Source: an uncultured delta proteobacterium (GTDB lineage: Bacteria > Desulfobacterota > Binatia > Binatales > Binataceae). From it: 64,000 bases of DNA. A model generated the notes under the pieces. It was given only the letters and a program-made list of their open reading frames with translations. It searched no databases and had not been told where the DNA came from. The translations under genes were made by a program, and so were the position numbers. Numbering within the stretch: position 1 is the stretch's first letter; every line of letters begins with the position of its first letter. Positions 11,867-21,188 of the stretch are shown in pieces. The stretch covers positions 105,941 to 169,940 of the forward strand of contig CAVQAR010000020.1 in the NCBI GenBank assembly GCA_963710425.1, read 5' to 3'.

Positions 11867-12550
11867 TTAGTCGTTAGGCACCAGCTCGACGCGCCGGTTC
11901 TGAGCGCGACCCTCAGGCGTGTCATTGGTGGCGACGAAGTTGGTCTTGCCGTAGCCGTGCGGAATCAACTGACTCGACGGGATACCGGCTCTCGTCAGGT
12001 AATCCACGACCGCATCGGAGCGCCAATCTGACAGCTTGAGGTTGTACTCCTCGCCGCCAATCGCGTCGCAGTAGCCGTTGACGTTAATCGTCACGTTCGG
12101 ATTGGCCTTCAGTGTCGAAGCGGCTTCATCCAGAACGGCGGCATCTCCAGGCCGAATCTTCGACTTGTTGAAGTCGAAATGCACTCCGCGCAGCACCAGC
12201 TTCTGCCTAACCGGCGGAGGCGGCGGTGGCGGAGGAGGAGGCGGTGGAGGTGGCGGCGGCGGTGGCGGCGGGGGCGCTGCCTTCGGGGTCAGGTAATAGC
12301 CGAGCAGGCCACCGAGAATAGCGCCCGCGCCTACGCCGATCGGACATCCGATTGCGTACGACGTAGGATCGTCATAGTCAATCGAGGCCGCGATCCCACA
12401 TCCGATACCACCTCCGACGAACGCACCGGCAGCGGCTCCGAGTTCGGTGTTCTGCCTCTGCTCCGGCGTCCACGACGCGCATGACGAGACCGTCAGCAGT
12501 ACGACGGTTGCTCCCGCGCCAATCCAATTTTTCCAAGTACTCACTAGCAC
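11867..12550 (-). CDS. OmpA/Pal-family outer-membrane lipoprotein with glycine-zipper domain, 23-Pro linker and C-terminal OmpA peptidoglycan-binding domain (copy 1)
   Basis: Lipobox (LLTVSSCAS), glycine-zipper segment (GGGIGCGIAASIDYDD...GAGAILGG), P23, then NFDFNKS...NVNGYCD...RRVEL. GTG start with a GGAGGGG ribosome-binding site. Confidence 0.8.
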   Translation of the reverse strand: MLVSTWKNWIGAGATVVLLTVSSCASWTPEQRQNTELGAAAGAFVGGGIGCGIAASIDYDDPTSYAIGCPIGVGAGAILGGLLGYYLTPKAAPPPPPPPPPPPPPPPPPPPPPVRQKLVLRGVHFDFNKSKIRPGDAAVLDEAASTLKANPNVTINVNGYCDAIGGEEYNLKLSDWRSDAVVDYLTRAGIPSSQLIPHGYGKTNFVATNDTPEGRAQNRRVELVPND

Positions 12551-12696
12551 CCCTCCATCAAGTTAAGCGATTCCCGAATCAAGCGTTGAACGATTCTGCC
12601 CTTTTTTCGAAGCCCGGTCTATTAGGATCGATAAGTGTCTCAAACCTAAGCCGCCGTAATAGTGTCGCAACAAACGAAGTCCGAGACGAGAAAAAC

Positions 12697-12726
12697 GGCC
12701 GCAGCCCCATTGAAGGGACTGCGGCC
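12697..12726 (-). terminator. second copy of the same terminator hairpin, downstream of OmpA-like copy 2
   Basis: Identical stem sequence to 11809-11837. Confidence 0.6.
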
Positions 12727-12755
12727 GGTAACAGACGTTTCAGTCTCAGCCAGAC

Positions 12756-13435
12756 TTAGTCGTTAGGCACCAGCTCGACGCGCCGGTTCTGCGCGCGACC
12801 CTCTGCAGTGTCGTTGGTGGCGACGAAGTTGGTCTTGCCGTAGCCGTGCGGAATCAGCTGACTCGACGGGATACCGGCTCTCGTCAGGTAATCCACGACC
12901 GCGTCCGAGCGCCGATCTGACAGCTTGAGGTTGTACTCCTCGCCGCCAATCGCATCGCAGTAGCCGTTGACGTTGACCGTCACGTTCGGGTTGGCCTTCA
13001 GAGTCGAAGCGGCTTCATCCAGAACGGCGGCATCTCCAGGCCGAATCTTCGACTTGTTGAAGTCGAAATGCACTCCGCGCAGCACCAGCTTCTGCCTGAC
13101 CGGCGGAGGCGGCGGTGGCGGAGGAGGCGGTGGAGGCGGCGGCGGTGGTGGAGGCGGCGGAGGCGCTGCCTTCGGAGCGTAGTAATATCCGAGGATGCCA
13201 CCCAGCAGAGCACCCACACCTACTCCGATAGGACATCCGATTGCGTAGGACGTCGGATCGTCATAGTCGATTCCTGCCGCGATACCACAACCGATCGCGC
13301 CACCGACTAGCGCACCGCCGACTGCTCCGCCGGTGACGTACGCGTTTTGCTCTTGCGTCCACGACGCGCATGACGAGACCGTAAACAGGACAATGACGGC
13401 CAGCGCGCTAACCCAATTTTTCCACTTATGCACAG
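12756..13435 (-). CDS. OmpA/Pal-family lipoprotein with poly-Pro linker (copy 2, over 90% identical to copy 1). The listed ORF extends to 13574, but the likely start is the GTG at 13433 with a GGGAGGGG ribosome-binding site.
   Basis: Near-identical protein with P23 and OmpA C-terminal domain. The start context matches copy 1. Confidence 0.8.
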
Positions 13436-13724
13436 GTACCCCTCCCTGGGACTCATACAGTTGCAGATTTGAAACCCCACGAATTGTGCCATTTCTACCG
13501 CGCGAGGTCCATTCGGCCAGCGAAGGCGTCGTATAGGCCGAAATTCGTAATGGCTCGTTCGCAGTGTTCGGCAATCGCGAATTAGGCTAGCGACGATTTG
13601 CCTCTTGCGCTTTATTTTGCTTAACTGCGCGCAACCGAGCACGGTTTGATTGATTTCGGGGGTTGATTGCTTGGTCGCTAATCGGGTTTGACCAAAAAGT
13701 TCTTGATCGCGAGGGGAGGATTCC

Positions 13725-15029
13725 ATGAACATCATTCGATGGGCGAAGTGGCTGATGCCTGCGTTCCTTGGACTGCTCGTGGCCATAGGGTTAGTGGCTA
13801 CCGGGTGCGATGAAGGTGGACACGGTGAAGCGGTCGTCGTCCATCATCATCATCCCACTCCAACTCCTACGCCGGCGCCTAATGCTTGCCTGCCATCCAG
13901 TTCGGTCGGGGTACTAGTCCAGAGCACCAACGCCACCGTCTATGCTCCACAAGGAAATTGGGAGGGTGGTACGGCGGCAGTTAACGTTATACCAATCGAG
14001 ACCAGCAGCGGCGTCGGAACCGGCGGGGCTCCCACTACGGTGGTGACAGGTAGCGTTCCGAATTCCTGCTCTTCTAACTCGAGTACCGGCACGACGATAT
14101 GCACCGGGAACAACACCGACGTGTTCGTGATCAACGGCAGCACTCTTTCCAGCACTCTCACTAGTGGGGCGACGGCCTTTGAAAGCTTCTCCGGCGGCGA
14201 TTGCGAGAACTGCGGTGTAGTGGTGGATTCATCGACCAACAAGGCGTTGATCGCGCTTGGCCTATCAACTGGTGGGCCGGGCGGCTACCAATTCCTCGAT
14301 CTTGCAAGCAACACATTTGAGACGGCGATCCCTGCGGGAACGTCGACTTCTGAAGACGTTTCGATCGATCCCGTCCGCCAATTGGTGTTGTCGCCGAATG
14401 AAGACAACATTTACCAGATCCTCAATGTCTCCGGCGCAACTCCGGCGCTGTTCAATAACGCGAGCTTTTCAACCGCCGGCGAGCCGGATTCGGCGGCCGA
14501 AGACTGCACCACCGGTATTGCTCTGTCCTCGCTCGAAGGCTCAGGCAGCTTGTACATCGCTGATCTGACCCAGGCGGTCTTCACGCCGGGGACGCCCGGT
14601 ACATGGACGGACGCCGCGGCTCAAACGCAGGCCTTCCCCGAATTTGTGGGATTAGCGGCAGGCACCTGCGGAATTGCCGTTGCGCCCGGGTCGCATCTTG
14701 GCGTCGTAGCAGGTGAGTTTGGCGGTAACCTCGAAGGCGTCATTCAGCTGCCGTCCACGTCCGGCACTGGAACGCCCGCGGTCACTGACTGGGTGGCATT
14801 CACCATGCCCAACCTCGCGAGTGGGGCGCCGTTTTCGATGGGTTTCGATCCGCACACGGTAACCGCTTATGTCAGCCCTAACAGTGGTAAGGCATACGGC
14901 GTATTCGAAAACGGCGACTTCAGCTTCCTGGCGGTGGTCGATCTGCAGGGACTGCTGAGCGCGCCGCGAACCGGTCACGTGGTGAACAACCCGCTTCCGG
15001 CCGGAGTCGTAACGTACATAGCGGAGTAA
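13725..15029 (+). CDS. hypothetical secreted lipoprotein (lipobox LVATGC) with a His4-(Thr-Pro)n linker and a Ser/Thr/Gly-rich domain
   Basis: Signal peptide, lipobox, then HHHHPTPTPTPAP and a low-complexity beta-rich sequence. No recognisable motifs. Confidence 0.5.
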   Translation: MNIIRWAKWLMPAFLGLLVAIGLVATGCDEGGHGEAVVVHHHHPTPTPTPAPNACLPSSSVGVLVQSTNATVYAPQGNWEGGTAAVNVIPIETSSGVGTGGAPTTVVTGSVPNSCSSNSSTGTTICTGNNTDVFVINGSTLSSTLTSGATAFESFSGGDCENCGVVVDSSTNKALIALGLSTGGPGGYQFLDLASNTFETAIPAGTSTSEDVSIDPVRQLVLSPNEDNIYQILNVSGATPALFNNASFSTAGEPDSAAEDCTTGIALSSLEGSGSLYIADLTQAVFTPGTPGTWTDAAAQTQAFPEFVGLAAGTCGIAVAPGSHLGVVAGEFGGNLEGVIQLPSTSGTGTPAVTDWVAFTMPNLASGAPFSMGFDPHTVTAYVSPNSGKAYGVFENGDFSFLAVVDLQGLLSAPRTGHVVNNPLPAGVVTYIAE

Positions 15030-15102
15030 CCAGCGCGCACTAACTGAACGGACGAGCAACGTCACATCGACGCTGCTCGTCCGTTCATCGATTTCTTCAG
15101 GG

Positions 15103-16026
15103 CTACAGCGGGGAGCGTTCCAGTTCTTCGCGGATTGAGTACATCTTCTGGCGCGCCTCGGTGATGTAGGCGTCGAGATTTCTGCGATGGTTCGCGAACA
15201 GGCCGTCGGGCGATCCATCCATCACAATTACCGGCTTCAACACCGCCGCCTTGCCCAGTGCGTCGATCGACTCGTCGAACATCGTCTTCAGCACCGGGTC
15301 GTCCTTGAGCTGCCCCGCGTATTCGCGCTCGAGCGCCTGCATCATGTGGTACATCACGTGCGCGTAGCCCTGCGAATGATAAAAGTAATGGTCGCAATCC
15401 CAGCTATGGACCGGGCTGCCGTCGTCCTTGGTCGAGCGGTACAGGTTCGCATGCGCGTCGCCAAGCAGGTCGGTCCACGTCTGGACCAGGCGGACCAGCT
15501 CCACCGCGCGGGTATTGAGCTCGCGCGATGACGGCGGCGTGGTATGCAGGCCGGCGATGTACGCGCGCAGATGCGCGATGCCGTCCTCGTACTTGCCTTC
15601 GGGTGACGGCAGGATCCACTTCTCGGCGTCGTTGCGAAAATCGGTGTCGGCGATCACCAGGTTTGGATCGTACTGATTCGAGGAAACCTTGGTCAGGTGA
15701 TCCTTGAAGACGCGCGTGGTCTCGCGAATCGCCTGGATGATCCCGAGCTGACGATCCGAGTTATTGTCGGCGGCGACTTTCGGACCCCACAGAAAAAAAT
15801 CGTTGGGTCGCCATCCGAAGCCGGTGTGCAGCTCATGGTCCATGATCGCGGCCAGCGTCGATGCGTAAATCTCGCCGGGCGGCGCCGGTTTGTCGGGCGG
15901 GAAAACCTGGTCGATGTCGTAGTCGAGACGATCGTGATGCTTCAGACCGAAATGGAGCGCAAGGTTTCCGCCAATCCAGATCAGAAGTAGGGCGGCAGCC
16001 CCAATAAGAAGTCGGTTCCGGTTCAT
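15103..16026 (-). CDS. hypothetical membrane-anchored protein; N-terminal TM helix after MNRNRLLIGAAALLLIW
   Basis: Long ORF with codon usage consistent with the contig. The start was chosen at the ATG preceding the TM helix. Confidence 0.5.
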   Translation of the reverse strand: MNRNRLLIGAAALLLIWIGGNLALHFGLKHHDRLDYDIDQVFPPDKPAPPGEIYASTLAAIMDHELHTGFGWRPNDFFLWGPKVAADNNSDRQLGIIQAIRETTRVFKDHLTKVSSNQYDPNLVIADTDFRNDAEKWILPSPEGKYEDGIAHLRAYIAGLHTTPPSSRELNTRAVELVRLVQTWTDLLGDAHANLYRSTKDDGSPVHSWDCDHYFYHSQGYAHVMYHMMQALEREYAGQLKDDPVLKTMFDESIDALGKAAVLKPVIVMDGSPDGLFANHRRNLDAYITEARQKMYSIREELERSPL

Positions 16027-16081
16027 CGCGAAGGAGCAGGCATCAAGCGGCGATTCTGCGGACGGAACTATAACACGAAAG

Positions 16082-16891
16082 CTACCTTGCCGCGCGCAGC
16101 GGAAGTACTGCGCCGCTGGCGCTCCTGAGTTCGTCGCGGCTGGTGCCCAATTGCTTGAGCAACGGGAAAACCGCGCGGGTGAGGAAGAGGCGCGGACTGA
16201 TTCCGCCGCCGCCAATTCGAAGGTTCTCGTTATAGTGCGGAAGCAAGCCGTCGCCGGGCATTTTGAAATTAGCGATCACGTACGCGAGGTCCGCCAGCGT
16301 GCCGGCGCGGTCTTCGTCCATCTCGATTTCGATCATCGAGCGGTAGAACCCGGCGTGGGCTGCCTCGTCGCGGCTGACCAGAAAGAAAATTGCCTCGAGC
16401 GTCGCGTCGTCATCGAGTTGCGCGCGATCCTTTTGCACACGATACGCGAGATACGTGACCGATTCCTGTAGCGCGCCGTAGCAACTCATCTGTCGGCGCG
16501 TCGTAAACGGAGCCTTCCACGAACAAGAGAACACCGTTGTCTCCATCGCGTCGAATTGCGCTTGCGAGCGCAGCCCGGAACGAATCAGGTACTCGCGGAA
16601 CACCAGCCCGTGGCGCGATTCTTCGTAGCTCCACGCGTTCTGAAACCATGCGAGTCCGAACACGCCGCGCAACATTTCGTTACCCACCGCAGCGTAGTCC
16701 GGCAGCAACATCTCCTCGGCGCAATACGTCTCGATGCGAATCGCGCGCTCCTCAGTGTTAGCGTCGGGAGAGAGCTTGTCCCACGGCACATCGTCGAACA
16801 GATTCCAGCGGCGCTTGCGTTCCGCAGTCTCGAAGAATTCCATGTACGCGCGGTAAAACTTTTCTTTCGCAGTCATCAGGCGGGCAGTCAC
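16082..16891 (-). CDS. acyl-ACP desaturase-like (ferritin-like di-iron fatty-acid desaturase, type 2)
   Basis: WNLFDDVPWDKL and EESRHG motifs characteristic of soluble acyl-ACP desaturases (DesA1/DesA2-like). Confidence 0.65.
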   Translation of the reverse strand: MTARLMTAKEKFYRAYMEFFETAERKRRWNLFDDVPWDKLSPDANTEERAIRIETYCAEEMLLPDYAAVGNEMLRGVFGLAWFQNAWSYEESRHGLVFREYLIRSGLRSQAQFDAMETTVFSCSWKAPFTTRRQMSCYGALQESVTYLAYRVQKDRAQLDDDATLEAIFFLVSRDEAAHAGFYRSMIEIEMDEDRAGTLADLAYVIANFKMPGDGLLPHYNENLRIGGGGISPRLFLTRAVFPLLKQLGTSRDELRSASGAVLPLRAAR

Positions 16892-16984
16892 TCAGGCAGG
16901 AACTACACTGCAGAGCGTAACACGCCGGTGGATCGAGAGCCTAATTAAAAATGTTATTTATGTGACAAATCGAAAAAAAATCGC

Positions 16985-18256
16985 TCAGAAAATACTTAAT
17001 AAACGTTTAGTTAACGACGTTGTCTTCGAGACATCGGAGGGCGCGAGCAGCGCGATCGTCGTGACTGGCTTGCCGCCCTCGGTCACGTTCGCGGTTCCGA
17101 TTTGCTGGCCCGCTTTCAGTGGTGCTGCGATCGATGCTGGCAAATTGTAATCGACTTTGATCGCGTTGTGCGCGTTGTCACGCTTTATGAAAACTCCTGC
17201 GTCATCGCCCCAAACCGGCTTGATACTGTTGATGTCGGCGTCGGTTACGGCGACGGATTGCGCGATTGGCGCGCCTTTCTTCGCGACCGGATGCATCTCG
17301 TAGTTCAGAAATCCTTGCGACAGCATCTCGGACGCTTCCTTGAAATTCGTCAGCTTGTGCTGAGTGCCCAGCACCACCGCGATCAGCCGCAGGCCGTTGC
17401 GTTTTGCAGTGGCGACCACGCAGAACCCGGCCTTGTCATAGAATCCCGTCTTGAGCCCGTCGCATCCGGGATACGTCCGCACCATGTGATTGGTGTTGCG
17501 CAGGATGAACGTTCCGCCGCGAAACGGCGCTGTGTCGATCGATGACCATCGAATCACGTCGGGATACTTCAGCAGCTCGCGCGCCAGAATCGCCTGGTCA
17601 TACGCGCTCGCAACGTCGGCCGACTCGCCCTTCGATGGCGGCAGGCCGTTAACCGAGTAGTAGTGCGAGTCCTTCATCCCGAGCGCGGCCGCCTTCTGGT
17701 TCATCATCACGACAAACGATTCAGTAGAACCCGCGATATATTCCGCGACCGCGACCGACGCGTCGTTGGCCGAATGTACGACCACCGCCTTCATCATGTC
17801 GTCGAGCGTGAACGTCTCATTTTCTTTCAGATAGACCTGCGAACCGCCCATCTCAGCTGCCTTGGCCGAGGTAGTTACGTTGTCGGTCAGCTTCAGCGAG
17901 CCGTCGTGAAGTTTCTCAGCGACGATCAGCATCAGCATCATCTTGGCGAGCGATGCGGTCGGCCACGGCGCATGATCGTTGGACTCGAAGATGACGGTGC
18001 CGGTGACGGGCTCCATCACGCACGCCTCGGAATACGCGCCCAGCGCGCTGCTCGACGCATTAGCGTTGCTCTCCTCATCAGGAGCCTCGGCCTTCGCAGC
18101 AGCATGATGCCGTCGCGCCGCAATTGCAGAGTAGGGCGATATGATCGCAGCGATCGCAACGATCAAAGCAACAAATCCAAATTTTCGACCAGTGACAGCA
18201 GTGGCGCGGACCGCCGTGCCCGCGGCCGATTCGCCAGATGACGAGAGAACCTTCAT
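16985..18256 (-). CDS. D-alanyl-D-alanine carboxypeptidase (peptidase S11, PBP5/DacC-like)
   Basis: SxxK (ASLAKM), SxN (SANDA) and KTG motifs, with a signal peptide. The start was chosen at MKVL; the ORF track extends to 18292. Confidence 0.85.
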   Translation of the reverse strand: MKVLSSSGESAAGTAVRATAVTGRKFGFVALIVAIAAIISPYSAIAARRHHAAAKAEAPDEESNANASSSALGAYSEACVMEPVTGTVIFESNDHAPWPTASLAKMMLMLIVAEKLHDGSLKLTDNVTTSAKAAEMGGSQVYLKENETFTLDDMMKAVVVHSANDASVAVAEYIAGSTESFVVMMNQKAAALGMKDSHYYSVNGLPPSKGESADVASAYDQAILARELLKYPDVIRWSSIDTAPFRGGTFILRNTNHMVRTYPGCDGLKTGFYDKAGFCVVATAKRNGLRLIAVVLGTQHKLTNFKEASEMLSQGFLNYEMHPVAKKGAPIAQSVAVTDADINSIKPVWGDDAGVFIKRDNAHNAIKVDYNLPASIAAPLKAGQQIGTANVTEGGKPVTTIALLAPSDVSKTTSLTKRLLSIF

Positions 18257-18339
18257 AGCGTACCACCTCCGCAACACATCGACCGAGCGCACGAATATTA
18301 GCCAACAACGTGCTTCGCGGCGAGTGTCGATGCGCGAAA

Positions 18340-18436
18340 CCCTTCTTTTTGGTTCCGCCTCGCGCTACGGGAAGGGGTTACTCCCAATAATCTGGTTCCC
18401 CTTCCCGCTCGGGAAGGGGTTAGGGGTTAGGTTCCT
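18340..18436. repeat. composite REP-like element: two CCCCTTCCC/GGGAAGGGG-type hairpins ending in TTAGGGGTTAGG; about 70 nt near-identical to 34368-34433
   Basis: Read directly and compared by eye with the 34.3-kb copy. Confidence 0.65.
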
Positions 18437-18451
18437 GACTCGGGAAATTCT

Positions 18452-19517
18452 CTAAAAACGGTCGGCGGTCCAGAACACTGATCGCGAATCTGCGAAAATC
18501 TCAAACGCGCGCGCCGAAGCCGCTTCAGGAGCCATCGCGAACCGGCGCGCGAGCTTCTCAGGCGCGAGCATTCGCCACATGTAATTGTTGTCCACGTGAT
18601 GCGCGACGGGACATCCCGCGTCGCCCAGCGCCTTTTCGAGTCGCGGATCGTGCGCGGTATGCGTGACCAGCACTGAAGGCTCGGCAGGCTTCGACGCGCT
18701 GTGCAGCAGACTCGCACGCCGATGATCCCCGACCGTCCGCACCGTGACCGGCACGCCGGACGCCGACTGGCCCAGGTACTTGAACGTGGCGAGCATCGCG
18801 TCAACGCCGTCGGGCAGGTAGCCGTACTCCATCACCATCGAGACGCCGTGAAAGCGCGTGACTCGCGCATACGCCGCGATTCGCGCATCGTCGCGACACA
18901 CGACGAAATAGTCCTCGGAGCCTTCGCCGGGATGGAGCGGCTGATTGCCGGCAAAGTTCAGATTCGCGCGCCAGGCCGAGTCGTCGCGCACTGCGGTTAC
19001 ATTGAAACGTCCACTGTAATTACGATGAATCGCGGCAATCTCGGCGAGGTCGCGCTCAGTTTCGAAACTGTCGATAACGAAACGATCAGCAACGTCGAGC
19101 GTCGCCGCCGCCGCGAGGATGCTGAATTTGCGCTCGACTTCGCGCCATCCGAACATGTTGTAGAACGTAAGCCGTTCCGCGAACAGCAACGATACTTCGA
19201 AGCCCTCGCGCACCATCGTATCGACCGCGAGCCGCATCAGCGCCGACGCAACCCCCTTGTGCCGATACGTCTTCGAGCGTGAAGACCGATCCGATGCCGC
19301 CCATCGGCACCGCCTGCCCGTCGAGATTGATCGCGCGATCGAAAATCTGAACCGTCGAGACAAGTTGCCCACCATCGCGCGCAACCAGGCACAACTCATC
19401 TCGAAACCGCGGATCGAGCCGATTGTACCGCTCGAAAAACGCGCGGTCCCCATACCACCGCGCGAGCAAGTCGAGTACCTCGTCCCGCTCATTATTGTGC
19501 GCAGCCCGAACTTCCAT
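18452..19517 (-). CDS. GNAT-family N-acetyltransferase with a C-terminal domain (Eis-like architecture); frameshift at about 19270-19300
   Basis: ORF 19086..19517 gives the GNAT N-terminal region up to GIGSVFT. ORF 18452..19492 continues with HKGVASALMRLAVDTMVREGFEVSLL, the acetyl-CoA-binding motif. Confidence 0.55.
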
Positions 19518-19551
19518 AATTTTGGTTTTTAACTTAGATCAGCAGACGCGG

Positions 19552-20073
19552 CTATCCTTTTGTGCGTTTGAAATATTCGAACAGACTGCCGAGTCCAACC
19601 ACTACCGCTGGAAGAAGAATCGCAACTGAAATTGGCGGAAAGTCGGCGACAGGAGACATCACTCTTGGCACCACGAAAAAGAAGATCGCAGCAAGTAGCG
19701 TGACTGCAAGCCACTGTCTTACAACGCTGTTAAGCGCCTGGATTTTTGTTTCCTGCGGAAAGGGCCCCGGTTCAGGCCATCGGCCTAGAGACGCACGCGC
19801 AAGGCGGTCCGCGACATAAGAGGGGATTCTAAGTCTTCCCGTCGAAGGATTCCCGAATTGAAGTACGGCACTCTGCCCGAAAAAGTCGTTCTTTCGATTG
19901 ATTCTAATTTCCTCCCACGGCACGAAGAATTTCCGGCAACAGACTCCGAACACTCGCATCATGCCGATCCGTAGACCGGACGGACAGGCACTTATGTTCA
20001 GTATTCGGTTCATGGCAACTCGCCCCACTGAACCGGATAAACTCTTAAGGCTTAGGAGACTCCGTTTCCTCAC
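19552..20073 (-). CDS. hypothetical protein with two C-terminal TM helices, inside a low-GC island
   Basis: ORF in a locally AT-rich segment (about 19.50-20.20 kb). No recognisable motifs. Confidence 0.4.
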   Translation of the reverse strand: MRKRSLLSLKSLSGSVGRVAMNRILNISACPSGLRIGMMRVFGVCCRKFFVPWEEIRINRKNDFFGQSAVLQFGNPSTGRLRIPSYVADRLARASLGRWPEPGPFPQETKIQALNSVVRQWLAVTLLAAIFFFVVPRVMSPVADFPPISVAILLPAVVVGLGSLFEYFKRTKG

Positions 20074-20195
20074 GGTTCGGATACCGAATCATCAAGAAAT
20101 ACCAACCTGAGACCAGTCCCAGGACGGTAGTAATCGTCAGCCACATGAGTACAAAAAAAATTGGGAGGGTTTGCGGCGGTCAGGCTGGAACCCTG

Positions 20196-21188
20196 CTATC
20201 GCAAATCGAGATGGACTGACGTCGGCATGCCGCCGCGGTTGACTGTTAGATCGATCGCGGTCGCCGTTTTCACGGCCGAGATCAGGCCCATCGCCTGCAT
20301 CGGATTGGTGACCGGTTGTCCCTGGATCGAGGTCAGCAGATCGCCGTCCTGCAGGCCGATTTGCTCGAAGACCGAGCCCGGCGCGACATTCGAAATCGAA
20401 AAGCCGTCGGTCTTGCCGTTGACGAAATGGGGCAGCGCGCGCATCTGCGAGAAAAACTCCGCAGGATTTTCCATCGTCTGCTGAACTTCGGCGCGGCTGA
20501 CTGCGTACTTTCCGGGACCCAGCTTCTGGATCTTGATTTTGTCGGCTTTGCTATCGTCGCTGTTATCGTTGTCGTCGCTATTGTCGTCGTCGTTGCCGGC
20601 GGCACCAGGACGGCCGAGCCTCTGCAACTTGCGCCGCATCGCCGCCGGGAGACCTCTGAGCATCGGCCCTCGGAACGAACCCGGCACACCCGGCGCACCC
20701 AACTGCGACGACGGCACTTCAGGCATGTCAGATGACGGAATCTCGATCGCGACGCGATGGCCGTTGCGATCGATAATCGCGCGATTAGTCTCGACGCTGA
20801 CCAGCTTGCCCGCGTCGGGGATGTCCTCGCCCACCTGGTAGAGCGATTCGTTGCCGGCCGGGTCTTCGATTATCGCGTACGGCTTCGACTTGCTCGCCAT
20901 CGACGTACCGATCAGCTTGATGTGCAGGTCCTCCTCGACCACCGGCGCCGGCGCGCTGTCCTGCGGCGTCTCGTTGAAGATGTCGCGCTTGACGATCAGG
21001 TCGTAGTAGCCGCGCGTGCGCATTCCGTTGACCGCATTGTGCCTTCCAATCGATACCGGCGCGTCGGATTCATTTGAAATATTGCGCTCGACGATATCGC
21101 GCACACACATCGCCGACACGATCGCCAGCAGCGCGATCAAAACAAAATTCAAAATCGTGACGTGAATCTGCGAGAACCTGAGTTGCAT
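20196..21188 (-). CDS. GspC-like protein (N-terminal TM helix, acidic Asp/Asn/Ser repeat linker, C-terminal PDZ domain); orphan, with no other gsp genes nearby
   Basis: TM helix (ILNFVLIALLAIV), DDDNSDDNDNSDD linker, and PDZ-like C-terminus (GLQDGDLLTSIQGQPV). Confidence 0.5.
   Translation of the reverse strand: MQLRFSQIHVTILNFVLIALLAIVSAMCVRDIVERNISNESDAPVSIGRHNAVNGMRTRGYYDLIVKRDIFNETPQDSAPAPVVEEDLHIKLIGTSMASKSKPYAIIEDPAGNESLYQVGEDIPDAGKLVSVETNRAIIDRNGHRVAIEIPSSDMPEVPSSQLGAPGVPGSFRGPMLRGLPAAMRRKLQRLGRPGAAGNDDDNSDDNDNSDDSKADKIKIQKLGPGKYAVSRAEVQQTMENPAEFFSQMRALPHFVNGKTDGFSISNVAPGSVFEQIGLQDGDLLTSIQGQPVTNPMQAMGLISAVKTATAIDLTVNRGGMPTSVHLDLR

Noticed and set aside
12078-13310. Gly-run and Arg/Trp-run ORFs (12078..12296+, 12179..12484+, 12967..13182+, 13068..13310+), and a possible CRISPR-like or simple-repeat array
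   Set aside because: These are the antisense and alternative frames of the (CCN)23 poly-proline tract of the two OmpA-like genes. There are no spacer-repeat periodicity and no cas genes.
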